64,000 bases of DNA from an uncultured delta proteobacterium (GCA_963704165.1 CAVPHD010000003.1:384001-448000); one strand, 5' to 3'. Positions 10,212-20,449 are shown, numbered from the stretch's first letter. Made by a program: numbers and translations. Notes: a model not told the origin generated them from the letters alone.

Positions 10212-11660
10212 CTAGCTTCGCGACGTGACTCGGCGGATCGATTCGCGCCAGCGCTCGCGTGCGGCGTGGCGTTCGGACTCCGCGATGCGTGGTGAGAAGA
10301 GCGCCGGGGCCGGAAGGAGTTCGAGGCAGGCGTCGGCAGTCGGGAACACGCCCGTTGCGAGTCCGGCGAGAAAGACCGCACCGAGCGCCGTGGTCTCGAC
10401 CTCGCGCGCGCGCGCGATCTCGCTTCCCGAGAAATCGGCGAGCGACTGGAGCAGGAAGTCGCTCTGCGCGAGCCCCCCGTCGACGCGCAGCCGCCCGGAT
10501 TCGATCGCGAAGGCCTCGCAGACGTCGGCACAGCGCATCGCGATTCCCTCGAATGCGGCCCGCGCGAGCTCGGCGCGGCCCGAACCGCGCGTCAGCCCGA
10601 GAAGCGCACCGCGCGCGCCGTCGTCCATGAACGGCGTGCCCAGGCCCTGAAGCGCGGGCACGAACGCGACGCCCGCGCTCGACCCGACCGACGTCGCGAG
10701 CGCCGAGAGCTCCGCCGCATCGCGTGCAATCCCGAGCTCGACCAGCCAATCGATCGCGCTTCCCGCCGTGATCACCGCGCCCTCGAGACAGAACGCACGC
10801 GTTCCATCCGCGAGCCACCAGAGCGCGAGCGGGTAGGCGCCGCCGATCGGATCGACGGGCCGATCGCCGGTGTGGACGTCGATCATGGCCGACGTACCGA
10901 GCGTGAGCTTCGCCTCGCCGGACCGGCGAATGCCCTGCGCGAACGCGGAGGCCTGCTGGTCTCCCGCTCGCGCGGCGACACGGACGGGTGTACCCAGGAG
11001 CGCGGCGGGAGTCTCGCCAATGACGCCGCTCGTCGGCACGATCTCGGGGAGCGTCTCGCGGGGAACCGAGAACAGGTCGAGCAGTCCCTGCGCCCACGCG
11101 GAGTTCGCGACGTCGAAGAGAGCCGTGCACGACGCGTTTCCGGGCTCGGTCACGTGCAGGCTTCCGTTCGAGAGCCGCGACGCCAGCCAGACGTCCGGCG
11201 TGCCGAATCGCAGGCGATGTTCGCGAGCGGCGGACTGCACCGCAGCGTCGTGCTTCATCCACCATTCGAGCTTCGTCGCGGTCGCGAGGGTGTTGATCGG
11301 AATCCCCGCCGCGCGAAAGCCCGCGACGCGCTCGGCCGTGCGCTGATCCTGCCAGGTCTGTGCGGGCGCCAGCGGCCGCAGCGTGCTCGAATCCCAGGCG
11401 AGTGCGCTGCCGCGCTGCGTGACGATGCCGATGCCCGCGACGCTCCTCGCCTCGAGCCGCGCGGTCGCGAGTGCCTCGCGAAGCACGTCTTGCGCGCTCG
11501 AGAACATCTCGTCGGGATCCTGTTCGATCCAGCCGGGGCGTGGATAGCGCGACGCGAGCGGCCGCTGTGCACGGGCGAGCACGCGGCCATCGTCGGAGAC
11601 GGCGAGAGCGCGAACGCTCGTGGTGCCGAGGTCGAGCGCGAGCAGCGTCTGGCCGGTCAC
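10212..11660 (-). CDS. glpK: Glycerol kinase (FGGY family)
   Basis: LALDLGTTSVRA, PGWIEQDP, WQDQRT, AGDQQAS, FVPALQGLGTP, LRVDGG, ETTALGA. Confidence 0.85.
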   Translation of the reverse strand: MTGQTLLALDLGTTSVRALAVSDDGRVLARAQRPLASRYPRPGWIEQDPDEMFSSAQDVLREALATARLEARSVAGIGIVTQRGSALAWDSSTLRPLAPAQTWQDQRTAERVAGFRAAGIPINTLATATKLEWWMKHDAAVQSAAREHRLRFGTPDVWLASRLSNGSLHVTEPGNASCTALFDVANSAWAQGLLDLFSVPRETLPEIVPTSGVIGETPAALLGTPVRVAARAGDQQASAFAQGIRRSGEAKLTLGTSAMIDVHTGDRPVDPIGGAYPLALWWLADGTRAFCLEGAVITAGSAIDWLVELGIARDAAELSALATSVGSSAGVAFVPALQGLGTPFMDDGARGALLGLTRGSGRAELARAAFEGIAMRCADVCEAFAIESGRLRVDGGLAQSDFLLQSLADFSGSEIARAREVETTALGAVFLAGLATGVFPTADACLELLPAPALFSPRIAESERHAARERWRESIRRVTSRS

Positions 11661-13072
11661 GCCCGCGTCGAGCCGCTCGGCGGCACGAGCACACCGGGAT
11701 TCAGCAGGTCGTCCGGGTCGAGCGCCCGCTTCAGCGCGCGCAAGACGCCGACACCCGAGTCGCCGATCTCGTCCGCGAGAAAATCGCGTCGGACTCGGCC
11801 GATCCCGTGGTGGTGCGCGATCCCGCCGCCGCTCGCGAGCGTGGCGCGGATCACGCGCTGCCAGCACTCGCTGTAGATCGCCGGCATTCGCGCCTTGTCC
11901 TCGACGCGCGCCGCGAACGTGAAGTACAGGTTCGTGCCGGAGCGGTACGAGTGACTCGAGTGGGCGCTCGCGAGCACGACTTCGGGCACCTCGCGCAGCG
12001 ACGCGACCGCTTCCCGGTACAGCGGCATGACGCGATCCCAGGTCGCGGCCACCTCGATCGTATCGACGACGAGTCCCCGCTCGTTCAGCTCGCGGAAGCT
12101 CGGCACCCGGTTTCGGTGCTCGAGCCAGTGCTCGACCGCGGCCACGTCGGTAGCGACACCGCCCTCGTCGGCGCAGACCTCCGCGACCCCCTCGACTTCC
12201 GCGGCCAGCACGCGTGCGGGTCCCTCGTGGACCAGGATCAGCATGGAGCGCCCCTCCGGACACTGCTTCGCGAACTGGCGCTGGGATTCGAGCTCGTCGT
12301 AGAGCCGGACGACCGGCGGTCGAAAGCCCACGCGCAGGAATCGGCGGATGGCCTCGAGCCCGCCGTCGAGCGCCGAGAAGTGGAACGCCGCGAGGGTCTG
12401 CGATTCGGGGAGCGGGCGCAGCGAGAACGTGACCTCGGTGACGATGCCGAGCGTTCCCTCGCTGCCCATGAAGATCTGGCGGAGATCCGGGCCGGCGGCG
12501 GCCCGCGGAGTTTCGCGCGTGCGAAGCACGCTGCCGTCCGGAAGCACGACCTCGAGCGCGAGCACGAGGTCCTCGATCGATCCGTAGGCCGTCGAAAACT
12601 GTCCCGACGCGCGCGTCGCAACCCAGCCGCCGACCGTCGAGAGATCGACCGACTGCGGCCAGTGACCGATCGTGAGTCCTTCCGTCTGCACGCGCCGCTC
12701 GGCCTCGCCGCCCATCGTTCCCGCGCGGAAGACGGCCGTCAGGTTGCGCGCGTCGAGCGAGACCAGCCCATCGAGCCCACGCGTCGAGAGCACCACCGCG
12801 TCGGTCCGCGCCTCGATGCCGCCGCAGACCCCCGAGCCACCGCCGAACGGAATCAGCGGCACGCGAGCGGCCCGGCAGAGCCGGAGCGTCGTCGAGACTT
12901 CGTCGACCGATTCGGGGCGCACAACCGCGAGCGGTGTCGGCGCGCCACGGCCGATCAGATCGTGCAGCTCGGCCAGCGCCCAGGTGTCGCGTCGGTGTGC
13001 CGCGAGGGTCTCCGCGTCGGTGTGCACGCGTGCGCCGAGCGCGTCGCGCAGGCGCGCGACGATCCCGCTCAC
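11657..13072 (-). CDS. FAD-binding oxidoreductase, alkyl-DHAP synthase (AGPS)-like
   Basis: PFGGGSGV, GHWPQS..STVGGWVATRASGQFSTAYG, GSEGTLG, HSSHSY, HHHGIG, LDPDDLLNPG. Confidence 0.85.
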   Translation of the reverse strand: MSGIVARLRDALGARVHTDAETLAAHRRDTWALAELHDLIGRGAPTPLAVVRPESVDEVSTTLRLCRAARVPLIPFGGGSGVCGGIEARTDAVVLSTRGLDGLVSLDARNLTAVFRAGTMGGEAERRVQTEGLTIGHWPQSVDLSTVGGWVATRASGQFSTAYGSIEDLVLALEVVLPDGSVLRTRETPRAAAGPDLRQIFMGSEGTLGIVTEVTFSLRPLPESQTLAAFHFSALDGGLEAIRRFLRVGFRPPVVRLYDELESQRQFAKQCPEGRSMLILVHEGPARVLAAEVEGVAEVCADEGGVATDVAAVEHWLEHRNRVPSFRELNERGLVVDTIEVAATWDRVMPLYREAVASLREVPEVVLASAHSSHSYRSGTNLYFTFAARVEDKARMPAIYSECWQRVIRATLASGGGIAHHHGIGRVRRDFLADEIGDSGVGVLRALKRALDPDDLLNPGVLVPPSGSTRA

Positions 13073-14706
13073 GACTCCGCTTCCACGAAGTCGAGGTCCG
13101 CGGCGAGTCGAGTCCGCACGCCTTCGACCTGCGCGCGGGTCTGCGCCTCGTTCCACCCCAGGAGCGCTGCCATGCGCGCGCCGGTCGCCTCGGCGATCGC
13201 GACGCCCGCACCGGCCTCGTACAGCGCCGCGCGCGTTCGGCGGTAGATCACATCCTCGACCGTCACGGCGCCTTCCTGCATCACCGCCCAGTCTACTTCG
13301 CCGGTGATCACCGGTGCACCGCCCGCGATCCGCGCCGATCCGAGCCGAGCGACCTCGCCCGCCTCGGTCCCGTACAGCCGGACGAGCCGCATCGCGGACA
13401 CGTGATCGAGCCGGTGGTCGCTCTCGAGAGCACGCGCGAGCGGTTCGAGATCTCCCGGGAAGTCACCGCCCGGGAGCGGCCCCCCCTCCCCGGGAACGGG
13501 AAGCGCGCGGCCGAGCACGCTCTCGACGCGCTCGATCGCGCGCAGCGCGGTCGGCCGGTACCCCGTCAGCTTTCCGCCAGCGACCGTGACCACGCCCGAA
13601 CGCCCGGTCAGGATCTCGTCCTTGCGCGAGATGTCGGTCGGCAGCTTGCCTGGTTCGGCGACCAGGGGCCGAAGGCCCGCCCAAGCGGTACGCACGTCTT
13701 CGACCTCGAGATCGTCCGTCGTCAGATAGCGGCGAAGTGGTTCGAGCAGGTATTCGACGTCGGCGCGCGTGATCTCGGGCCAGACGTCGGCCCCCCGCGT
13801 ATAGGTCGTGTCGGTCGTGCCGACGAAGACGATCTCGTCGCGGCGCAGCGCGAAGATGCTGCGGTGGTCCTGTGTGGCGAGCAGGAGCAGATTGCGGACC
13901 GGCAGGCGCGAGGCGGGAATGCCGATGTGGACGCCCTTCGAGAGGTGCAGAAGCGGAGGCGCGGCCGGATCCTCGAGCTGCCGCAGCGCCTCGACCCACG
14001 CACCCGCGGCGTTCACGACGCAGGCCGCACGCACGTGGATCTCGCGGCCCGTGAACCGACACCGCGCGATGACGCCCGTAGCTCGGTCGTGCTCGACCCG
14101 GATCTCGGTCACCGGCGCCCAATTCAGGGCAATCGCCCCGAACCCGGCAGCGGCGCGCAGGTTCGCGAGCACGAGCCGCGCGTCGTCGGTCAAGTACTCG
14201 CGATAGGCGCAGGCGAAACGCCACTCGCCGCGGTCGAGCGCGGGCTCGTATTCCTCGAGCTCGGCCGCGCCCCAGTTCCGGTGCAGGTCGTCGCGCTCGA
14301 CGGCGCCGAGCTTCTCGTAGGTCGTGATCGCCGCGCGGAACTTCAGCAGCGCGGTACGCGAGCGCACCGGCAACACCATCCAGCGCCGCTCGGCGAGGTG
14401 AGGCGCGAGCCGGAAGATCACCTTGCGCTCGAGCGCCGTCTCGCGCACGAGCGCGACCTCTCCTTGCGCCAGGTAGCGCAGGCCACCGTGGATCAGCTTC
14501 GAGGAGCGGCTCGACGTGCCCGCCGCGAAATCCTCCGCCTCGAGGAGCGCCACGCGCAGGCCACGCAGCGCGGCCTCGCGCGCGATCCCGGCACCGGTGA
14601 TGCCACCGCCGATGATCGCCAGATCGAAGCCGTCTCGCTCGAGCGAATCCATCGCGCGCGCACGCAGAACCGTCGAGATCGATCCCGCCCGTGTCACAGG
14701 TCCCAT
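13069..14706 (-). CDS. glpD: Glycerol-3-phosphate dehydrogenase/oxidase (FAD)
   Basis: IIGGGITGAG, GTSSRSSKLIHGGLRYL, DDARL, SKGVH, GTTDT, WAGLRPL, GGKLTGYR. Confidence 0.9.
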   Translation of the reverse strand: MGPVTRAGSISTVLRARAMDSLERDGFDLAIIGGGITGAGIAREAALRGLRVALLEAEDFAAGTSSRSSKLIHGGLRYLAQGEVALVRETALERKVIFRLAPHLAERRWMVLPVRSRTALLKFRAAITTYEKLGAVERDDLHRNWGAAELEEYEPALDRGEWRFACAYREYLTDDARLVLANLRAAAGFGAIALNWAPVTEIRVEHDRATGVIARCRFTGREIHVRAACVVNAAGAWVEALRQLEDPAAPPLLHLSKGVHIGIPASRLPVRNLLLLATQDHRSIFALRRDEIVFVGTTDTTYTRGADVWPEITRADVEYLLEPLRRYLTTDDLEVEDVRTAWAGLRPLVAEPGKLPTDISRKDEILTGRSGVVTVAGGKLTGYRPTALRAIERVESVLGRALPVPGEGGPLPGGDFPGDLEPLARALESDHRLDHVSAMRLVRLYGTEAGEVARLGSARIAGGAPVITGEVDWAVMQEGAVTVEDVIYRRTRAALYEAGAGVAIAEATGARMAALLGWNEAQTRAQVEGVRTRLAADLDFVEAES

Positions 14707-14784
14707 TGCTTCGCGGTTCCACCGCGGCCTGGCAAGGGCGGCCGCATTGCCCGCGGATCGCCTCCCCCTACAATCGGCTGGCGA

Positions 14785-17352
14785 ATGCGCCTGCAGGAGC
14801 TTCCCAGACCCGAACGCTACGACCTCGCCCTGTGGGTGGATCCGGCCCGAAGGCCCTTCCGCGGCGAAGGCGATCTCGTGCTCGAGATCGCGCCGGGAAC
14901 TCGGTCGATCGAGCTGCACGCCGTCGACCTGGAGCTCGGCGCGTGCAGCGCACGCGACTCGGGTGGCGACGTGCCCGTCGTGCGCATCCGCGAGAACCCG
15001 AAGCGCGAGACGGTCACGCTCGTGCTCGAGCGGCCGCTCGCGGGCACGCGTGCGAGCCTGCGGATCGCGTGGAAGGGATCGCTGCGCGCGGATCTGCGCG
15101 GGCTCTACCTCGCGCGCTCGGGCAAGCGCCGCTACGCGGCGACCCAGCTCGAGGCCGCCGATGCGCGGCGCTTCTTCCCGTGCTTCGACGAGCCCGACAA
15201 GAAGGCGCGGTTCCGCCTGCGCGTGACCACACCCGCCCGAAACCAGGTGGTGTCGAATGGCGCGATCGAGCGCACGACGAAGCGCGGCGCGAAGAAGACC
15301 GTCCACTTCGCCGAGACGCCGAAGCTCTCGACGTATCTCGTGGCGCTGGTCGTGGGCGAGCTCGAGGCCTCGCCCGCGGTTCGCGTCGGAGCGACACCGA
15401 TTCGCGTCTGGTGCGTGCCGGGCAAGAAGAAGCTCGCCGCGTTCGCGCTCGAGGTCGCGGCCGAGGCCCTGCGCCGGCTCGAAGCGTACTTCGGGCTGCC
15501 CTACCCGTACGGCAAGCTCGACCTGCTCGCGGTTCCCGACTTCGAGTTCGGCGCGATGGAGAACGCGGGCGCGGTCACGTTCCGCGAGACGCTGCTCCTC
15601 GTCGACCCGAAGACGGTGACGCTGGCCGAGAGGAAGCGCGTGGCCGAGGTGATCACGCACGAGCTCGCGCACATGTGGTTCGGGGACCTGGTCACGATGG
15701 CCTGGTGGGACGATCTGTGGTTGAACGAGGCGTTCGCCACCTGGATGGCGTTCAAGATCGTCGACGAGTGGAAGCCCGAGTGGAAGATGTGGCTCGACTT
15801 CGAGTCGCACCGTGCGCCCGCGTTCGCGCTCGACGCGCTCGAGAGCACGCACCCGATCTACGGGCCGGTCGAGACCCCGGGCGAGGCCACCGAGAACTTC
15901 GACGTGATCACCTACGAAAAGGGCGCATCGGTCGTGCGCATGCTCGAGAGCTGGCTCGGCGCTTCGGTCTTCCGCAGGGGAGTCCGGCGCTACATCCGGC
16001 GGCACCGCGAGGGAAATGCGAAGGCCTGCGATCTGTGGCGCGCGCTCGAGCACGCCGCTCGGCGACCCGTCGAGCCGATCGTCTCGCCGTGGGTGGAGCG
16101 GCCGGGGTTCCCTCTCGTCGCGGCCCAGCGCGTCGACGCTGGAGGACAGGCGCAGCTCCTGGTCGAGCAGGAGCGGTTCTTCGCGAGCCCCTCGATCGGC
16201 GCCGAGCCGCGCGCCGAGATCCGGCCGATCCCGCTGGTGATCCGGGTCCGACCGCAGCGCGGACGCGATCGCATCGTGCGCGCGCTCGTCGACGAGAAGC
16301 GCACGAAGATCCCGCTCGGACCCGCTGCGGACGTGCGTTGGGCCTACGCGAACGCGAACGAAGCGAGCTTCGTCCGCGCGCTTCACGACGGCGCGATCCT
16401 GCGCGCGCTCGGCGACGAGCTCGCGAAGCTCGCCCCCGCGGAGCGGATGGGCTTGCTCGGTCACCAGTGGGCGGGCGTGCGCGCGGATCGCGCGCCGCTC
16501 ACGGACTGGCTCGACCTGGTGACACGGTACGGTGACGAGCGGGAGCCGGACGTGCTCGCTTCCGCGTACGGCCCGCTCGCGTGGCTCGACGATCACGCCG
16601 TGCCGTCGCTGGCAGCCGAACACGCTGCACGCTTCCGCGTCTTCGTCGCCGAGGTCTTCGCCCCCGCGTTCGCCCGGCTCGGCTGGTCGGCCGCGCGCGC
16701 GGAGACGGACGCGGTCCGGCAGCGCCGCTCCACGCTGATCTCGATCCTCGGCGGGCTCGCGCGGGACGCCGACGTTCTCGAGGGCGTCGCGACGCGCATC
16801 CAGCCCTACCTCGCCGATCGCAGCACGCTCGAGCCGAATCTCGCAGGACCGGTCGTCGAGCTCGCCGCGCGGACCGGCGACGCCACGCTCTTCGACGCCT
16901 ATCTGCGCACGATCAAGGCCGCGCGCACGCCCCAGGAGCGAACGCGATTCGAGATGGCGCTCGGATCGTTTCGCGATGCCGCGCTCGTCGAGCGCGCGCT
17001 CGAGCGCTCGCTCGACGCGCGGCTTCCGACCCAGGACGTCGTGCCGCTCCTGGCGCGCCTGCTCGCGAATCCCGAAGCGCGCGAGCGCACTTGGGAGTTC
17101 GTCCGCGAGCGTTGGACCGAATTGTCGCCGCGCATCTCGCCGGGACTCGCGTCGCGATTGATCTCGGCCCTGCCCGCGCTGCAGAAGCCGCTCTACCGCC
17201 GCCAGGTCGCGAGCTTCTTCGCGACCCACCCGTTGCCGACCGCCGCGCGCGCGCTCCTTCAGGCGCTCGAGCGCTTCGACCTCGACGCGGAGCTGCGCGG
17301 GAGGATCGTCCCCGAGCTGCGCGAGTACCTGCGCCCCGAAGTGCGGTGCTGA
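14785..17352 (+). CDS. pepN: M1 family aminopeptidase with ERAP1-like C-terminal domain
   Basis: TQLEAADARRFFPCFDEP, GAMEN, HELAHMWFG..LWLNE, YEKG. Confidence 0.93.
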   Translation: MRLQELPRPERYDLALWVDPARRPFRGEGDLVLEIAPGTRSIELHAVDLELGACSARDSGGDVPVVRIRENPKRETVTLVLERPLAGTRASLRIAWKGSLRADLRGLYLARSGKRRYAATQLEAADARRFFPCFDEPDKKARFRLRVTTPARNQVVSNGAIERTTKRGAKKTVHFAETPKLSTYLVALVVGELEASPAVRVGATPIRVWCVPGKKKLAAFALEVAAEALRRLEAYFGLPYPYGKLDLLAVPDFEFGAMENAGAVTFRETLLLVDPKTVTLAERKRVAEVITHELAHMWFGDLVTMAWWDDLWLNEAFATWMAFKIVDEWKPEWKMWLDFESHRAPAFALDALESTHPIYGPVETPGEATENFDVITYEKGASVVRMLESWLGASVFRRGVRRYIRRHREGNAKACDLWRALEHAARRPVEPIVSPWVERPGFPLVAAQRVDAGGQAQLLVEQERFFASPSIGAEPRAEIRPIPLVIRVRPQRGRDRIVRALVDEKRTKIPLGPAADVRWAYANANEASFVRALHDGAILRALGDELAKLAPAERMGLLGHQWAGVRADRAPLTDWLDLVTRYGDEREPDVLASAYGPLAWLDDHAVPSLAAEHAARFRVFVAEVFAPAFARLGWSAARAETDAVRQRRSTLISILGGLARDADVLEGVATRIQPYLADRSTLEPNLAGPVVELAARTGDATLFDAYLRTIKAARTPQERTRFEMALGSFRDAALVERALERSLDARLPTQDVVPLLARLLANPEARERTWEFVRERWTELSPRISPGLASRLISALPALQKPLYRRQVASFFATHPLPTAARALLQALERFDLDAELRGRIVPELREYLRPEVRC

Positions 17353-18332
17353 CCGAGGGACTCCCCGAGGAGGTCCTCGCGCGGCCCTTCGTCTCGGTGC
17401 GCGAGTCGTGCGCCGAGGTCGCGGCGTCCGCGCGATACGTCGCGATCGATGCCGACGCGCTCGCCCGCGCCTGCGCGGGGCTGCCGCTGCACGAGCTCGG
17501 CGCGAGTCCGACGAGCTTTCCGAGCCTCGCCGGCGACGTCGAGGCGCTCGTCGCCTTCACGCTCTGCCTGGACGCGATCAACTTCGGGTCGGGCTACTTC
17601 CCCAAGCTCGTGAAGCTCGCGGGGCATTCGGGCTACCGCACGATCGAGGCGCGGCTCCGCGAGCGCTTCGAACGTGCGGGCGCGTTCTCGGCCAACGAGC
17701 TGCGCCGGATCGACGCGCGCACGGTCGCGGAGCTGCTCGGCCAGTCACCCGTCGCGGCGCCGATCGACGAGCTGATGGAGCTCTTTGCGCGCGCGCTGCG
17801 CGACCTCGGCGAGCTCGTCGCGACGCGCACCGGTGGCTCGTTCGCGGGCTTCGTCGAAGAGGCCGGCGGCTCGGCCGGTGCGCTCGTGCGAAGCCTCCTC
17901 GCCATGCCGCTCTATCGCGACGTCGCGCCGTACGGCGGGATCACGGCGGTGTTCCTGAAGCGGGCGCAGCTCACCGTCTCGGACCTCGCCCACGCGCTGC
18001 CCGAGAGCCTGGGAAGATTCCGCGATCTCTGCGACCTGACGCTCTTCGCCGACAACCTGGTGCCCCACGTGCTCCGGCTGGACGGCGTGCTCCGCTTCGA
18101 GCCCGCGCTCGTCGAGCGGATCGAAGCGAACGAGCTGATCCCGGCGGGATCCGCAGAGGAGATCGAGATTCGCGCCTGCGCGGTCGACGCGGTGGAACAG
18201 ATGGTCGGGATCCTGCGCGCGCGCGATCGCTCGGTCTGCGCGCGGGACCTCGACGACTGGCTCTGGCGACGCGGCGGCGAACCCGCCTACAAGGCGCGGC
18301 CACGCCACAGAACGCGTTGCCCGTACTATTGA
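17346..18332 (+). CDS. Queuosine salvage protein (Qng1/DUF2419, queuosine-5'-phosphate N-glycosylase)
   Basis: LDAINFGSG, LKRAQL..DL, LTLFADNLVPHVL, EEIEIRA, LDDWLW, terminal HRTRCPYY. Confidence 0.85.
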   Translation: MLTEGLPEEVLARPFVSVRESCAEVAASARYVAIDADALARACAGLPLHELGASPTSFPSLAGDVEALVAFTLCLDAINFGSGYFPKLVKLAGHSGYRTIEARLRERFERAGAFSANELRRIDARTVAELLGQSPVAAPIDELMELFARALRDLGELVATRTGGSFAGFVEEAGGSAGALVRSLLAMPLYRDVAPYGGITAVFLKRAQLTVSDLAHALPESLGRFRDLCDLTLFADNLVPHVLRLDGVLRFEPALVERIEANELIPAGSAEEIEIRACAVDAVEQMVGILRARDRSVCARDLDDWLWRRGGEPAYKARPRHRTRCPYY

Positions 18333-18389
18333 ATCCAGCTAGGGTGCCTGCGCCATGCGAGCCGGCGCTCGTGAACGGGAGGGTGATTC

Positions 18390-19523
18390 GTGAAGATCGG
18401 CGTGCCCCGCGAAACCTCGGCCGGAGAACGGCGCATCGCGCTCGTTCCCGAGTCGGCCAAGAAGCTCGTCGAGGCGGGCAACGAGGTCGTGATCGAGAGC
18501 GCGCAGAGCGCGTCGGTCGATTTCAAGGACGCGGCCTACACCGCGGCGGGTGCGCGACTGGCCACGGACGCGGCCGAGATCTTCGCGGGCAGCGATCTCG
18601 TGCTGAAGATCCAGCCGCCGTCGGAGAGCGAGGTCGCGCAGCTTCGAACGGGCGCGGTCGTCGTCGCGATCCTCCAGCCGTTCCAGAACGGCGACACCGT
18701 TCGGCGTCTGGCCGCGAAGTCCGCCACGAGCTTCTCGCTCGATCTCCTGCCGCGCATCACGCGCGCGCAGGCGATGGACGTGCTCTCGTCGATGAGCACG
18801 ATCGCCGGCTACAAGGGTGTGCTGCTCGCGGCCTCGGCGCTTCCGAAGATGGTGCCGCTCTTGATGACCGCCGCGGGAACGCTCAAGCCCGCGCGATTCC
18901 TGATCCTCGGCGTCGGCGTCGCGGGGCTGCAGGCGATCGCGACGGCGCGGCGGCTCGGCGGCGTGGTCGAGGCGTTCGACATCCGGCCCGCGGTGAAGGA
19001 ACAGGTCGAGAGCCTCGGCGCGCGCTTCGTCGCGCACGACGCGATCCAGTCCGGCGGCGAGACGAAAGGCGGCTACGCCACCGAGCTCACGCCCGAGCAG
19101 CAGGCGCGCCAACGCGAGGCGCTCGGCAAACACATCGGCGAAGCCGACGCGATCATCTGCTCGGCGCTCGTCCCCGGACGCCGCGCGCCGATCCTGCTCA
19201 GCGAAGCGCAGGTCGCGCTGATGCGACCGGGCTCCGTCGTGATCGACCTGGCCGCGGATCAGGGCGGGAACTGCGAGCTGACGAAGCCGGGAGAGACCGT
19301 CGAGCGCGGAGGCGTGCGCGTGCTCGCGCCACTGAACGTTCCCGCGAGCGTGCCGATGCACGCCAGCCAGATGCTCTCGCGCAACTTCCAGAACTTCCTC
19401 CTCCACCTGCTGAAGAAGGGCGAGATGCAGCTCGACCTCGCCGACGAGATCACGAGCGGAACGCTCGTCACCCACGAAGGGAAGATCGTGCACGCGGCCG
19501 TGGAGTCAGCGCTTCGGGGCTGA
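18390..19523 (+). CDS. pntAA: NAD(P) transhydrogenase alpha subunit, soluble part (dI)
   Basis: MKIGVPRE..ERRIALVP, PRITRAQAMDVLSSM..AGYK, GVGVAGLQAIATA, GGYA, DLAADQGGNCE; no TM segment. Confidence 0.9.
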   Translation: MKIGVPRETSAGERRIALVPESAKKLVEAGNEVVIESAQSASVDFKDAAYTAAGARLATDAAEIFAGSDLVLKIQPPSESEVAQLRTGAVVVAILQPFQNGDTVRRLAAKSATSFSLDLLPRITRAQAMDVLSSMSTIAGYKGVLLAASALPKMVPLLMTAAGTLKPARFLILGVGVAGLQAIATARRLGGVVEAFDIRPAVKEQVESLGARFVAHDAIQSGGETKGGYATELTPEQQARQREALGKHIGEADAIICSALVPGRRAPILLSEAQVALMRPGSVVIDLAADQGGNCELTKPGETVERGGVRVLAPLNVPASVPMHASQMLSRNFQNFLLHLLKKGEMQLDLADEITSGTLVTHEGKIVHAAVESALRG

Positions 19524-20435
19524 GGGGCTCGGCGCGGTCGCGGGCGCCTTCTCCGGCTCGCCTTCGACGGTGATCGACACGTCCTTCTGGCGCCGGTAGA
19601 TCTCGCGCAGCTTCTGCTGCCGCGCGACCTCGAGCTTGCGCTCCTCCGCGAGCGTGTCGAGGTCGATCTGGCGATGGGCGACGCTCTGTTTCGCCCGCTT
19701 GCACGCGCCCTCCATGTACGGGCCGCAGGTCGGGTTCGAGCAGCAGGCCGCGGCGAAGTCGTCGAAGGTCTTCATCGGCTGCGGCAGCGGCGCGCCATCC
19801 CAGGTGGTGGCAAAGGCGGGGCTGAGCACGATCGCGCTGTTGAAGACGTCGCGCGCATCGACCATGTCGTTGCTCTTCCACGACGCGAGCACGGAGATGC
19901 GGTCGATCTCGTCCTGCGGCGCGCCGTTCTTGACGCCCTTGTCGAGGTACCGGCGCGCGTCACCGAGCTTCCCCTGATACACGGAGATGTGTGCGATGTT
20001 CGAGTAGTACGTGCCGGCGCGCAGCTCCTGGCGCTCGCGCAGGTTGAGCCGCAACGCGTTCTTGAAGCTGGTCTCGGAGGCGTCGAGATCGCCCTGGTAC
20101 GCGGTGATGATGCCGAGCCAGGTATGCGGCCGCGGCGAGGTCGGATCGATCCGCACGGCCTCGAGGATCTCGGCCTGCGCCTTGGACAGGGCGGCGACGT
20201 AGGCGGCCTGGTTCTTCTCGTCGAGAGACTTCCGCGCGATCATGTACTGCACGTCCGCGAGCGCGAGCCGCGTGTCGAAGTCGTCGGGATGGCTGTCGCG
20301 GTGCCTCTCGAGCTTCTCCGCCGCGCCCTCGTAGTTTCCCGCGCGGATGTCGCTCTGGATCCCGTACGGAGACACGCCACCGCACGCGGTGACGAAGAGC
20401 AGCGCGGCGATCCACCAGACTCGACCTCGGTACAT
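19506..20435 (-). CDS. TPR-repeat lipoprotein with Cys-rich C-terminal segment
   Basis: Lipobox VTAC-G, TPR-like helices (AVRIDP..PHTWLG), CCSNPTC..C motif. Confidence 0.7.
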   Translation of the reverse strand: MYRGRVWWIAALLFVTACGGVSPYGIQSDIRAGNYEGAAEKLERHRDSHPDDFDTRLALADVQYMIARKSLDEKNQAAYVAALSKAQAEILEAVRIDPTSPRPHTWLGIITAYQGDLDASETSFKNALRLNLRERQELRAGTYYSNIAHISVYQGKLGDARRYLDKGVKNGAPQDEIDRISVLASWKSNDMVDARDVFNSAIVLSPAFATTWDGAPLPQPMKTFDDFAAACCSNPTCGPYMEGACKRAKQSVAHRQIDLDTLAEERKLEVARQQKLREIYRRQKDVSITVEGEPEKAPATAPSPSAPKR

Positions 20436-20449
20436 TCGGAGCTCCTTGT

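Noticed and set aside
10212..17352. Very long track ORFs (999, 1472, 1386 aa; also 915 aa at 39267 and 1061 aa at 51629) as giant fusions
   Set aside because: Their N-terminal parts are Arg/Ala/Pro-rich shadow translations of neighbouring genes in GC-rich DNA. The real starts lie at the motif-bearing parts.
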